This document shows positions 11,108 through 22,876 of a stretch of 64,000 bases of DNA, piece by piece. A program made the translations under genes and the position numbers. The notes beneath the pieces are model-generated. The model had not been told where the DNA came from and made no database searches. It saw nothing but the letters and a program-made list of their open reading frames with translations. Where the stretch lies: positions 124,001-188,000 of the forward strand of contig QPMI01000116.1 in NCBI GenBank assembly GCA_004431415.1, written 5' to 3'. Positions within the stretch are counted from its first letter, which is position 1. Each line of letters starts with the position of its first letter. Origin of the DNA: Cyanophora paradoxa CCMP329 (lineage: Eukaryota; Plantae; Glaucophyta).

Positions 11108-14100
11108 TCAGGTCTCCTCCTCCAGGTCGTCTCGGACCTGCGAACGAAGAAGCGGGCTGAGCGGGGGTACGGCGAGAGAGAAACTTTGGGGTACGGCGCA
11201 CGGGCCACTGGGTGCCGTCGCCCTCGCGGGACCAGAGCGTCGGGAGGAACCAGACGAGCGCACTGCGGCGCGGGGGGGAAGAACTCAGAGAGCGATCGAT
11301 CGGCGCCCAGCACAGAAGAAAGGACGGAACGAAAGCGACGGGTACGATGTTGCGCTATTTTTAGGCACGTGTCGCGGAGGCCCCTCGCGCACTCTAGAGA
11401 CGGGCGACGGGCAGGGCGGAAGGAAGGGGGCTTTCAGCGATAGGGAGGTGAGCTTAAGCTGGAGATGTTGGCAAGCTCTAATAGGCCCAGGCCCGCCTCT
11501 AAGGATCTAAGCCCTATCGAAGGATCCGAGCCCTATCTAAGGATCCAGAAGATCTAGAAGGGGCCTCGCCTGCGGCCGAGGAGGCTTCTATTTTAACAAG
11601 GAACGTTGAGCGGGCGGGCGGGCGGGGGGCCTCGCCTGCGGCCGAGGAGGGCCTCGACGTTCTATTGGCGCTGGGATATGCTTGAAAACTTAAGCTTAAG
11701 CTGCTATCTGAACAAGCTTAAGCTTCTATCTTAACAAGCTTTAAGCTTCTATCTAGAAGATTTAGAATGGGACAAGCAAAGGTACAAACAAACAAAGGGC
11801 TCGCCTGCGTCCGAGGAGGGCCTCGATGTTGGGGCGCTTGCCGACGTCGTAGCGGGAGACCTCCAGCCCCGACTTCGTCACCGCCCGCGGCAGGTACATC
11901 TCTGCGGTATTTTAGGCGAGAAAGGCAGTGGAGGTCACTAGCCAGATTCAGCGCCGCGCGAGATTCTAGGTGAGAAAGGCGGAGGTGGAGAGCACTAGAA
12001 GCGATCTAAGGTCTAAGCGATAGATCTAGGCGAAGCCCGAGGCCGGGAGCTCTGGCTAGACTAGACTAGCTAGCTACTTCGCTCTAGGTATACTACTGGA
12101 CCACATCTAAAAATGCGCGGGCGGGCGCAGGCGCGCACCGATGGTGGTGGTGTTCCTAGATCTAAAGCTAGGCCTAACTCTAGGCCTAGCTAGACTTGTA
12201 CCGAGCTAGATCTAAACCGGACGGGCGCGCAGGCACCGATGGTGGTGGTGTTCCTAGATCTAAAGCTAGGCCTAACTCTGGGCCTAGCTAGATTGTAAAG
12301 CTCAAATCTAAAGCGGGCGCACCGATGGTGATGCTGTTCTAAGCTAGCCACAGAGGTGCCAGCGCTCTAGGGCGGCTAAGCTCTAGGCCTGTTCGGCTAA
12401 GCGCTAGGACGATAAGCTCTAGGCTCGGCTCTAGGGCGCACCGATGGTGGTGGTGTTCTAAGCTAGAAACAGAGGTGCTAGGATCCTGTGCTGATATAAA
12501 GCGGCGCGGGCGCGGGCGGGCACCGATGGTGGTGGTGTTCTGGGCGATGAGCTGGAGGTGGAAGGAGGTGAAGCCCGAGAGGGAGAGCACCACGACGACC
12601 GAGAGCCCGTACCTGGGGGGGTACGGGGGGGGGAGGGGGGGGGGGAAGGGTCAGGAGGGGGAGGAGAAGGAGGGGCTAGAGGCTGGCGAGACTAGGCTAG
12701 CTAGATTGGGGTGGGGTGGGGTGGGGTGGTCAGGTGAGGGAGGGGGGAGAACGGGGGGCTAGAGGCTAGCGAGGGAGTGGGCGGCTCGCCCGGCCACCGA
12801 GACGGGGGGAGGGGGGGGTACGCGCGCACGTGACGAGGATGCCGACCTCGTTGATGCCGGCCCTGCCCCCGTCGATGAAGTGCCGGATCACCTGAGGCGC
12901 CCGGTCGGTCTGGCTCGGGGCGGCGGGGGGGTACAGGTACAGGCCGCACCATGACGAGGGACTGCGTCGTGAAGGCGATGATGAGGATGCACATGACGAC
13001 CGTCCAGAACATGAACCTGCGGCGGGCTCGGGCTCGGACGAGGCCCGGGGAGCGAGGGGCGGGGCGGAGCATTTAGATCCCCTATCTGCAGGCCGCCCGG
13101 CAGGACCGCTAGGCTAGGCCCCTGGGGCGGGGGTCGAGGCGGGGAAGGGTACGGGATCTAAATCCCCTATCGTTGCGGCGGGCTCGGTCAGGCCAGGGGG
13201 GAGAGGGCGGGGCGGGGGGGGGGGGGGGGGGGGGGGGGGGGCGGGGCAAGGGATTCGAAGGCCGCCCCCCAGACCCGGCGGGCCCGGCGTACCCCCAGCA
13301 GGGCGGGGCGGGGCAGGGCGGGGCGGGGCGGGGCGGGGCGGGGGGTATGGGTGAATTGCAGGCGTGGCGAGGCGCTAGCGGAGGAAGCCCGCTTCCCTAC
13401 CCCGCGCTTTCCCCCTTCGTTGCGGCGGGCCCAGCCGAGGCCCGGGGCGGGGCGGAGGTGGGGCGGGATGGCACAAGGCGGAAAGGCGAAGCTGGGAGGG
13501 GCGGGGGCGGGGGCGCACAGCACGAAGAACTTGTGGTTGCCGTACCCGACGCAGTTGCTGATCCAGGGGCCTAGATGCACGGGGTTAGTACTGGTCTGCG
13601 TGCGGCGCGGGCGCGGGGCGGACAGTGGTGGTCGAAGCGCATGCGGCAGCGGTTGCAGATGGAGCAGTGGTGCGTCCGCTCGGGCTTGGGAGCGTCGCAC
13701 TTGAAGCAGTAGCGCCGGCCCCGCAGAGGCTCGCCGTTCGCCGCCGCCTGCCGCGCCGCCGTAACCTCCTGCTGCTGCGCCTGCGCCGCACGGTCCGGTT
13801 CGGCTCGGTTCCTTTCTCTTCCTTCCTTTCCTTTTCGGCGCGCACCGGCGTGAGGGGCAGGCTCTTGGGGACGCATCCCGGGTCGGAGTAGACGGCGCGG
13901 AGGTAGGAGACAATGACGAGGGGCCAGACGACGTGGAAGACCGCGAGGTAGAAGGCCGCCAGGCCCGGAAGGTTCGGCATGACGAGCCAGATGCAGTGCA
14001 CGACCACGAACGTGAAGTAGGTCCACCTGCACCCGCCCCGCCCGCTCGGTCCCCCGCGCGCGGCGGCGGCGGCGACGGCGGCGGCGGCGGCGGCGGAGCG

Positions 14101-14507
14101 CACGCGTAAAGGCACAGGACGAGGGTGACGAGCCAGCCTCCGGCCAGGCGCGTGGGCTCGCTGCAGACGTCGAAGAGCCACTGGACGCATGGGTAGTTCT
14201 GCGCTTCGGGCGGCGCCCCCCTTCCGAATCGCGGCGAAGGCTGCGCCGACGGCTGTGCCGCCGCAGCTGCAGGCGGCGCGGCCTGCTGCTGCTGCTGCTG
14301 CTGAGGCGGCTGTTGGGGTGGATAAGAGGCTTGCGCGGGGGCGGCGGCAGGATAGTAGGTTGGGCTGGGGTCTTGTTGGTGGGCGGGCGCGAAGGTAATC
14401 GGCGGGGGTTGTTGGGGCGGCGCGGACTGGGATCCGGCGGAGGGCGAGGCAATGGAGTGTGGGAGCGTTGCCGTCGCCCGGGGCGCCTCCTCGTGGGGCG
14501 CATGCAT
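11108..14507 (-). CDS. DHHC-type protein S-acyltransferase (palmitoyltransferase), multi-exon
   Basis: SDPG motif, then YCFKCDAPKPERTHHCSICNRCRMRFDHHC/PWISNCVGYGNHKFFVL, NTTTI/E (TTxE), YDVGKRPNIEALLG (PaCCT-like) and WFLP...GDGTQWP; TGA at 11108-11110. Start at 14507 (MHAPHEE) is inferred. Confidence 0.93.
12135..12540 (-). repeat. Five copies of a ~21-bp DHHC exon-end plus donor sequence (GCACCGATGGTGGTGGTGTTC on +)
   Basis: Copies start at 12135, 12233, 12319, 12438 and 12520; the last is the real exon/donor junction. Confidence 0.9.
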
Positions 14508-14831
14508 GGCGGGCTGCAGGGAGAAGGGAGGGAGAGATGCGGCCGAGGACTGCGTGAAATCTAGCTCTACCGCCGCCGGCGAGCGTGCGGCATAGCCATT
14601 CTCCCCACCAGAGCTAGTTGGCGCCACCTTGATGATCCAACGGGTGCAGGCCAAAGGCCAGCCGGCGCGGCGCCTCTCGTCGCAGATACGCGTCTACTGC
14701 TGCGGTCTTGTCTCAAAAACGGCCCGGAATCGGCCACCGGTGCCCCGCGATGCTAAGGATGCTTGAAGAGGGGGATACAGAATTACGAGCGTGCCAACGT
14801 TTGCCGGCGCCGCGAGCCGCGATGGCTTAGA
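14508..14831. promoter_or_regulatory. Putative bidirectional promoter region (DHHC / CIA30-domain gene)
   Basis: Divergent inferred start codons 324 bp apart. Confidence 0.5.
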
Positions 14832-17800
14832 ATGTACCGGGCCCCGAAAGATCCCCGCGAGAAGAAGCCAGCAGCCTCTGATACTGGCACGGGCTTGCGG
14901 GCGGTTTTGCAGCGTCGGAAGGCACGCAGCCGTGTGAGAGCAACAGCGAGCCAGCTTCGCGAGGCCCTCAAAGAGGGATCGAGCCTGCACGCCCAAGGCA
15001 AGCCGGCCGCCGCGACGCACGCCGGAGCTCCGCCTGCTTGGCTAACGTTCATCGGCCCGCAGGGGACGTCCAGGGCGCGGTCATAGCGTACAAAGCGACG
15101 TGCGTCTCCTTCCTGTTTCGGGCTTTGGGTAACGCTCTCGGGGGCACCAATCCGGTTAGCTTCCAACGACACCAACGGCGGGGCTCCCGCACCTCGGGCG
15201 GCGCCGAGGCTCACCGACGCTGCTCGGCTGCTCCGCAGAGCAAGAGAGGCTCTCAGCGACTCGGAGAGCGAGCTGTCACCCACGCAGCGGGAGGCGCTCG
15301 AGGCGGGCATGCGCGGGGCGAACGCAGCGGCGAGCGACGGCGAGGCCGCCTACAAGCTCCAGATGGCGCTCGGAAAGGCACTCGAGGAAGGTGCGATCGG
15401 TCTCGATTCCGCTCCCTCCCGGCGCCGGCGCCTGCGCCTGCGCGTGCGCCTACGCCGACGACGTTGTCGCCGATTACGCCATGCGCAGCGCCGGCAGCGG
15501 AGGCGGATGCCGGCGCGAAGTCGCCCCGGGAGGCGGCCAAGGACAAGGGGGGGAACCTCGTCGTCGAGGGCGAGCTCAAGTTCGCCGCCGAGCCCCTACC
15601 CAGGCGCGCTTCTTCCCCCCCCCGCCTCGCTTGTACCCCCTAACGCCCCCCGGCAGGTCCTCGCAGACACCGACAGTCACCGGCGACGCCAAGGAGGTGC
15701 TATCCCCCTACAGATCCCCCCCCCCCCCCCCTTCCCCGGGACCGGGCTCGACCCCCCGGGGTAGCTGCTGGAGAAGGCGATCGACGACGGCGTACCCCTC
15801 TTCAACTCCGGTGCGGGCCGGTTTCTCTCCGTGTTCATCCCCGCCCCGCGGCCGGGCCCTGGCCGACCGCCCGGACCGGGCGGCAGGCAACATCCAGGGC
15901 TGCTTCGAGGTCTACGAGGCGGCCGCCGAGCGCGTCCTGGGTCCCCCGGCCCTCCCGGGTTTCGACCCCGCGCTCGTGGCGTACCTCCGCAACAGCCTCC
16001 GCAAGGCACAGGCGCGCCGGCGCAAATGCTGTACCCCCGCGCCCAGCGAGCGCCCCCCGCCGCAGATGCAGCCGCCGCGGGAGGCGGCTTGGACCCTCCG
16101 GCGCGCCTTCGATCGACTCCTCGACGAGGGTTCGGACCTCCGCGGGCCCCTCTTCCCTCCGCCCGCGCCCACGTCCGCGCCCCGCCCCCGCAGCGGAGCC
16201 GTACAACTCGGCCCGGCTGGGGGCGGCGCCGTCGCCCCGTACCCTGGAGTCGGCCGTGAACCGGGCCTTCGAGCCCGAGGCGCCCCCGCCCGGGCCCAAG
16301 CGCGACCCGTGCGCGCGCGTACCCCCCTGCGGCTCCACCCCCCGTGATTTGAGCGGGGCCGGCGCAGGTGGGGCGGCCCGCCCCCGCGGCGCTCGTGGCA
16401 GGAGTACGCGCCGACGTTGGACGACGGGCGGCGGGCCGGTCCCGCGCGGGGCCGCCCCGACGAGCCGCCGGAGGACGCCCGCTGGGGCGGCGGCGGGGGT
16501 ACGGCGACCGCGGCTCGGGCGGCGGCTGGGGCGGGGGCCCCGCGGGCGGCCCGAGGGGCCCGACGGCGGCCGGGGCCACATGTACGTCGGCGTTGTTGGC
16601 GGCGGCGGAGGCGGCGGCGGCGGCTTCGAGCGCGGTGGAGGCGGCTTCCAGCGGGGCGGAGGAGGTGGCTTCGAGTTTGAGCGGGACGGATACCGCGACG
16701 GCGACGGCTGGGGCGGCGGCGGCGGCGGTTTCGAGCGCGGTGGGTACCGCGACGGCGACGGCCGAGGCGGGTACGGGTACGGAGCCGACCGGTACGGCCC
16801 CGGGGGGCGGGCCGAGAGCCCCGGTGGGGCGGGCCCGGGCCGGCCGGCGGCGGCGCCGGTGGCGGCGGCGGTGGCGGCGGCTGGGGCGGCGGCCGGGTGG
16901 CGGTGGCGGGAGGAGGCCGGAGGATGAGGAAGGCCCGAGGGGGGTGGAGGAGGCTCCGGGGGGGGGCGGCTGGGGCCGTGACCCGCCGCCCGAGCGCAGC
17001 GACGCGGCGGCGGGCCCGCCGCACGCCGAGAAACGCGGCGGCCCGACGGGTGGGGCTCCAGCCCCGACCAGGCTCAGGCGCCGCCGGCGCCCCCGCGGCC
17101 TAACGGCGGGGGCGGGGCGCCCCCTCGTGGGACCAGTACGCGGCCGGGCTGCCCGGCGCCGGGGGCCGGGGCGGGGCACGGGCGGGCCGGACGGCTCGCC
17201 GACGGGCCCGCCGGGGGGCGCGAGGACCCGATGCGCGCCCTCCAAATGGCCATCTACAAGGCCCGTACCCCCCGCCCCGGCCCCCGGCCCCCTCCGCCTC
17301 TAAAACATCCCCCCAAGGCTCTCTAACTTGTAGTCTTGCACTTCTGGGTAACCCCGACTTCTCTAAGAATGCGCTCAAGGCTCTCTGACCCCGGGCCCGG
17401 CCCCCTCCCTCGCTCCACCTCCCCCTAAGCTTTCTGATTTGATCCCCTAAGCTTTCTGATTTGATCCCCTAAGCTTTCTGATTTGATCTGGCAGGGCTCG
17501 CCGCTGTACAACGCGGGCGACGTGCGCGGGTGCGCCGAGGTCTACCGCCAGGTCCGTCCGTCCGTCGGCGGCCGCCGCGCGCCCCAAGAGCCGCCGGGCC
17601 GAGGGGGCCTCGCCTCGAGGGGGGGAGGGGAGGGGGCTAGAGCCAAATCAAGCTCCAGTGCCCCTCTCCCAGTGCCCCTCTCACGCGCCGCGCGCAGGCG
17701 GCGGCGCGGGTGCTTGCGGCGGCGCGCGACCCCGCCTCGGGGGTACCCCAGAACTACGCCTTCCTGCTCCAGGTCTCTCCCACGCCTCTCCCGCCCGCCC

Positions 17801-20005
17801 CCCTCTCCTTTCCTCACGTCCCTTCTTCTCCCTTCAGAACGCGGTGGCGCTGGCCGCGCGGCAGGCGGCGGCGGACGGGGCCTGGACCCTCCGCGACGCC
17901 TTCGATCAGATCCTCCTGAGGGGTGCGTCCGCGGCGCCTGGGCGGAGCTAGCTAGATGGGAGAAGAAAGAGCGATCAACTAGACCTTGAGATTTGACTCT
18001 TTAAGACCGGAAATAAGCTCTAAGACCGAGCCTCCCGAGGGGTACGGGGCGCCTCGGCGGAGCCAGCTCGATGGGAGAAGAGAGGGCGACCGACTTGGCC
18101 TGCGATTTTGAGGCCGGGCCCCCTCAGACCGGCCAGCTGCGCCTTTGCGCCTCCTATCTTAGCGCAGCCGAACCAGGGCCTAGATCTAGCCTAACCTCGC
18201 CTTACCTAGTCTGCGCTGCGATCAACTGAGGGCCCAGCCTCCTAGGATCTGATCTGACCTGATCTGAGCGCAGAGCGGGACCGGCGATCAGGTCAGATGA
18301 ACCCCGGTGACGAGGTGGCCCCCATGGGCGCTCCCGTCAACTACCCCGCCGTGCTTTCATCCCCCCCCCCCCCCCCCCCCCCCCCGCTTCCCCTAGTAGA
18401 CTAGTAGACACCAGACACGGGCGCCATGCGCGCGCGCCCCCCCCCTCCCCCTCCCCCCCCCCCTCCCTCTCTTCCATCCCCGGCGCCTCATTGCGCTCAC
18501 TCTTCTTCCTTATCGCAGGGCTACGCGCCCCCAGCACCCAGCTACGGGTACGGCGGGCGCGGGCCGGCGGCCCCCGGCGACGTCGACCGCGACAGGGACC
18601 ACCTCCCCCGCGGGGGCGGGCCCGGCGCCGTACCCCCCGGGCGCCCGCCGCCGCACCCGTACCCCCAGCAGCGGCCCCACCCCCACCACCACCACAGGGA
18701 CGGGAAGGCGTCTCCGCGTGACGGGCGCTCCTCGCCCGGCTTCTTCGCGAGCCTCGCGAGCCTGTTCGGGCGCCTCGGGCGCGCCCCCTCGCCGGCCCCC
18801 GGCTCCTCCTCTACCGACGACCCCTCAGGCTCGACTGCCCAGGACACCTCCTCGCTCGCCCCGCCGCCGCCGCCGCCCCAGCAGCACTACCACCACCCGG
18901 CGCCCGTGCCCGTGCCCGCCCCGGCGCCCGCCGCGCGCCCGCCCCAGCAGCAGCAGCCGGCGCCGCGGGGCGCCTCCTCCTCCAACGGGGCGGGAGGAGG
19001 AGGAGGGGGCGGCGTGTCGAGCCCCGGGTCGGCCGCGTCGTCCTCGGGGGGCACGGACCCCGGGGGCCCCCTCTTCATCGAGCGCGGCAACATGGACAAG
19101 GTCGGCTCCAAGGGGCGCGCGCCCGGGGCTAGAGGAGGTCTAGAGCACTAGGCTAGGCTAGACTAGAGGACTAGAGGGGCGCGCGAGGCTAGAGCGGGGC
19201 TAGAGCGGGGGCGGGGCGGATGGAGCGCGCCCCGTTGGAGAGCGAGGGGTAGAGCTAGAGGGGCGCGGCTAGAGCGGGGCCAGAGCCAGAGGCTCGGCTC
19301 GAGGCGCGGCTAGAGGGCGTGCCGCGCGCCCCCCTCCGCTCCCCGCGCCCTCGCGCCTCCCTCCGCTCCCCCCGCCCTTCTCACCCGGGTCCATAAATAG
19401 GTCCGCTGGCGCATCCACGACGACGGCGGCGGCGGCTCTCAGGTCGGCTCGCCGGCCCTCTGAATCTGAATCAGTGGTGGTGGTGCTGATCCCCTGACGG
19501 CAGGTTGGGTACGAGGTCCGGGGCGGCGAGCTGCACTTCAGCGGGCGTACCCCCGCCGAGTCCGCCGGCCTCCTCGCCGTCCGGTCCGCGTACCCCCCCC
19601 CCGCCCCCCCCGGCCCGCTCAGTTATTTCTGACGCCCGGGCGGCCGAGCGCAGGTGCAGCCCGGGCCACCCCTTCCACTGGGGGTACCAGGAGGGGGTGG
19701 AGGTGATGGCCTGCGGGGACGGGCAGCGGTACCAGCTCCAGCTGAAGGCAGAGCGGGGCGAGGAGGCGCCCGTGTACGTCTGCGAGTTCACCGCGAAGGC
19801 GGGGGCGCCCCACACGCAGCGCCTGCCCTTCTCCGCCTTCTCGCCGACGCTGGAGGGCCGGCCCCTGCGGGACGCCGAGCCGCTCTTCCCGGAGCGCATA
19901 CGGGAGCTCGGGTTCGCGCCGCTGCCGGCCGGCTCGGGCCTCCGCCCCTTCGCCCTCCAGGTCCAGCGCGTCGCCCCCTACGCCTCCCGAGTCCTCCGCG
20001 TGTAG
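14832..20005 (+). CDS. Protein with three helical repeats, a Gly/Arg-rich linker and a C-terminal CIA30 (NDUFAF1-like) domain
   Basis: Repeats: LKEGSSLHAQ/GDVQGAVIAY..AAYKLQMAL; AIDDGVPLFNS/GNIQGCFEVY..AAWTLRRAFD; GSPLYNAGDVRGCAEVY..GAWTLRDAFD. C-terminus WRIHDDG...GDGQRYQLQL..VYVCEF..RLPFSAFSPTLEGRPL..IRELGF..FALQVQRV matches the CIA30 pattern. TAG at 20003-20005; start MYRAPKD is inferred. Confidence 0.75.
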
Positions 20006-20889
20006 CTATATATAGCCCGCGCGCCTCACGTTTCCAGGCCGCCGGCGCGTTTAATTTCCAGGCCGCCGGCGCCAGGCCCCAATGCCGCCTCATGCCAGGG
20101 GTAGACTGTAGACTCTGAGATTATAGGCAGGGGTACTCCTTGCCAAGCTCCAGGAGGCTGGTATCCCTAGGCCTGCCCCAGGCTTCAAGGCTTGGCCATG
20201 GGGTACTTCAGTCTTCAGCAGGGGGTTACGCCGTAGTACGTTTGTGGAAGTCTCACGATCACGACTAGTACTCACGAGTCACAACTTGCTAGTAAGTTGC
20301 TACCGGTATCGGGATTACGACGGGATATCGATTCGGGAGTGATTCGGTCTTTCCAGTTATCTCCACATCCGAGCTCCACCCGGTCCGATGTCCGAAAGGC
20401 CTAGTCCCGTAGGTTCATCTCTCGACTTGACAGTGGAAGTTGACACAGATGGACACCGCAGTTTAAGCGGCAGTTATATCTCTAGCCATTTGTCTCGGTG
20501 TGTGCGAATTCATACGTTATGGGAGTGATTCGGTACTTTTTGTAGTGAATCGGTACCAGCTGCAATGAAGTTCCTAAGAGGCGCAATGATGGTGAGCACC
20601 GTGAGCTCACTGAGCTGAACTATTCGAACTTAATTCAGTGAAGTCGAATTCGAATTACCCAGCCATGGCCATTGAGCTACCATATTTGACTCTAATGTCA
20701 GCGCTGATTCGCCCATTACTAGTACTCGCGGGCCATGGCCCATGGGCCATGGCCCATGGCCCATGGCCCCGGGGCCATGGGCCGGGCCGGCCCGGGCGGC
20801 GACTCGGCGATGATGGGCCATCATATTATATGATTCATATATGCATGGCATGGCCCGGTGATGGGCACTCAGTGACTGATGGCCGATGG

Positions 20890-21640
20890 GCGATCAACTT
20901 GGCAATGCCGAATCATTGCCGATCATCGGATCATGAGTCATGAGTCATGACGCAAGGCCGCGTACTTCGGAAATTCCGAATATGGGCAATGACGCAACTG
21001 GTACCGGTAATTATAAGTAACCGCTTTACTTTGATTTCAAGTTTCTTTCTACTGTAGGGTTGCTTTTTGGCCGATATTTTAAATTGCCGTATATTAATAT
21101 TGCAGATCGCGAGAGGCCATTGCCCCGGCCAAATTCGGCAATTTTAAGCCTTGGCAAATCTCAGGGGGTAGCCTTGTATGGCGCCATAGAGAAATCCAGA
21201 GTTTCGGCAATTTATGGCCATTAATTGGCCCTTTTTTTTTTTTGCAAAAGTGGACGTCGCATTGATACACCACGGCACATGTATCAATGTTCTACGTGAC
21301 GTGCCCTTCCGACCGGTCATCTATCTAGCCGAGGGTGCTAGCTAGGTGCCGGCCATGGGTCGCGGTTGGCCCTAATTTGGCCATTGGCCACGGCAATTCC
21401 GGCTTTGGTACGTGGTCGATTTCGGCAATTAAACTTAAACTACGCGGCAATTTAAGACTGTAGTCTGTAGAGTCGACGTCGTAGACTCGTAGTAGTAGTA
21501 CATATACAGAGTCTACAGACTACTGTTCTACTGTTCTAGACTATACAGAGTCGTACAGACTAAGTTACTAAGTTATTTAGTTTGTAGATTTACACTCTGC
21601 AACCGTTGAACTTGCCAAGTTGTGTTGCCGAATCAAAATC
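20890..21640. repeat. AT-rich block with many CGGCAATT / AATTGCCG motifs and a 10-bp hairpin; probable DNA-transposon remnant
   Basis: CGGCAATT near 21136, 21205, 21390, 21423 and 21445; inverted AAATTGCCG at 21081. CATTGATACA...TGTATCAATG inverted repeat at about 21260-21289. Confidence 0.4.
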
Positions 21641-22876
21641 ACGTTCCGCAATTCGCGAATATGAAAACGAATGAATTTTGGATTGACGAACCGAAATCAT
21701 GAGGATTCATGTTTGGGGGTATAATTTATTTAGGCTTGCAGCTTGCGGAATCGATTATCAAGCGAACCGTTGAACGTTAACCCCGCGGGCCGCGGCGCGC
21801 GCGTGGGCCGCCGGCGCGGCGCCGCGCGCGGTCGTCGCGATCGCGAGGCTGTCAGGGCCCCAGGCCCTGAGGGGCCCAGCCGCCCGGGGCCTGCAGGCTG
21901 CAGCCTGCAGGCTGCGCGTGCACGTGCGCCGTGCCACGCCGTGTGACGGTGCGGCGCTATTCTGGTCGGTTCGGCGATAGGCTAGTAGCATTGCTGCGCA
22001 TGCGCTGCGCATGCGCGCGGGGCGGCGCGCGCGCGCGCGCAACTTCAGCGGCGCCGGAGCGGCGCGACTCGCGCACGGCCGCGGCGATCGGCTTTCCAAG
22101 TTCGTCGGACCGGATCATCGGCGGATTAACGCACCGCGTATACGTAGGGCCGCCGCAGCTGCAGGCTGCAGCTGCGCACCGCATGCGCAGGCCCGCATGC
22201 GCAGGCGCAGCGCCACTAGTACTAGGCTAGCCGAGTCGTCCGAACGTTGCCGAAATCGCTGCTGCGCAGTGCTGCCCGGCCGCGGCGGCCAGCGCGTTGT
22301 CACTGTCACACACACTAGCAGTTTCGAATTCTAGATCTGCAGGCTACAGCGCGCATAGCTTCTACAGCGGCCCAACTTAGCAAAGCCTAGGCCTGCAGCT
22401 GAGGCACAGGCGCCGCCCGGCGACCAGCACTGCGCTGCCTAGTCTGCGCATCGATTTGCAATTGCCAGCGCACCTGAGCGAAACTGAGAGAGATTCCCCG
22501 CGGGTGAGGCGAAGCGACCCTCCGATCCACTGCCAGCAGCAGCTGCAGGCCTGAGCCCGGGCCCGGGGTTCTCTTGGCTCGCCGCTTCTTGATAGATCTT
22601 GCCCGGCCGCGGCCCGCGGGTCGGCCGCGGGCGCTGGGCTTAGGGCTCTCTCAGCTGCAGCGTCACGCGCGCGAATTCGGATCTGGTGAGCCGCGCTCTA
22701 GCTTGCAGGGCTGGCGGATTTGGCAGCCAAATTCGATAATATATATGATATATGTCAGGCTTACGGTTTTACTCTTCTGATCATGAACCCTTCATCAGAT
22801 CTGGAGTCTAGGACGGCCGCGGCCGGCTGCAGCTCTTGCAGCTGCAGCTGTGCACGTGCATGATCACGAAATCCAA

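Noticed and set aside
10730-11440. SINE or LINE 3' fragment ending in AATAAA
   Set aside because: Explained by the last two DHHC exons, their introns and the 3' UTR.
12135-12540. CRISPR-like array (21-bp repeats with 60-100 bp spacers)
   Set aside because: The repeat is the DHHC exon end and donor, the spacers resemble each other and vary in length, there are no cas genes, and the context is a eukaryotic intron.
14763-14831. A fourth helical repeat (LKRGIQNYERANV) upstream of the CIA30 gene start
   Set aside because: In-frame TAA at 14754-14756, no ATG before 14832, and only weak similarity.
15677-17245. Long antisense and alternative-frame ORFs (522 aa here; also 2080-3471, 49484-50533, 61797-63191)
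   Set aside because: Pro/Arg/Gly/Ala-rich shadows of real GC-rich genes with no recognisable motifs.
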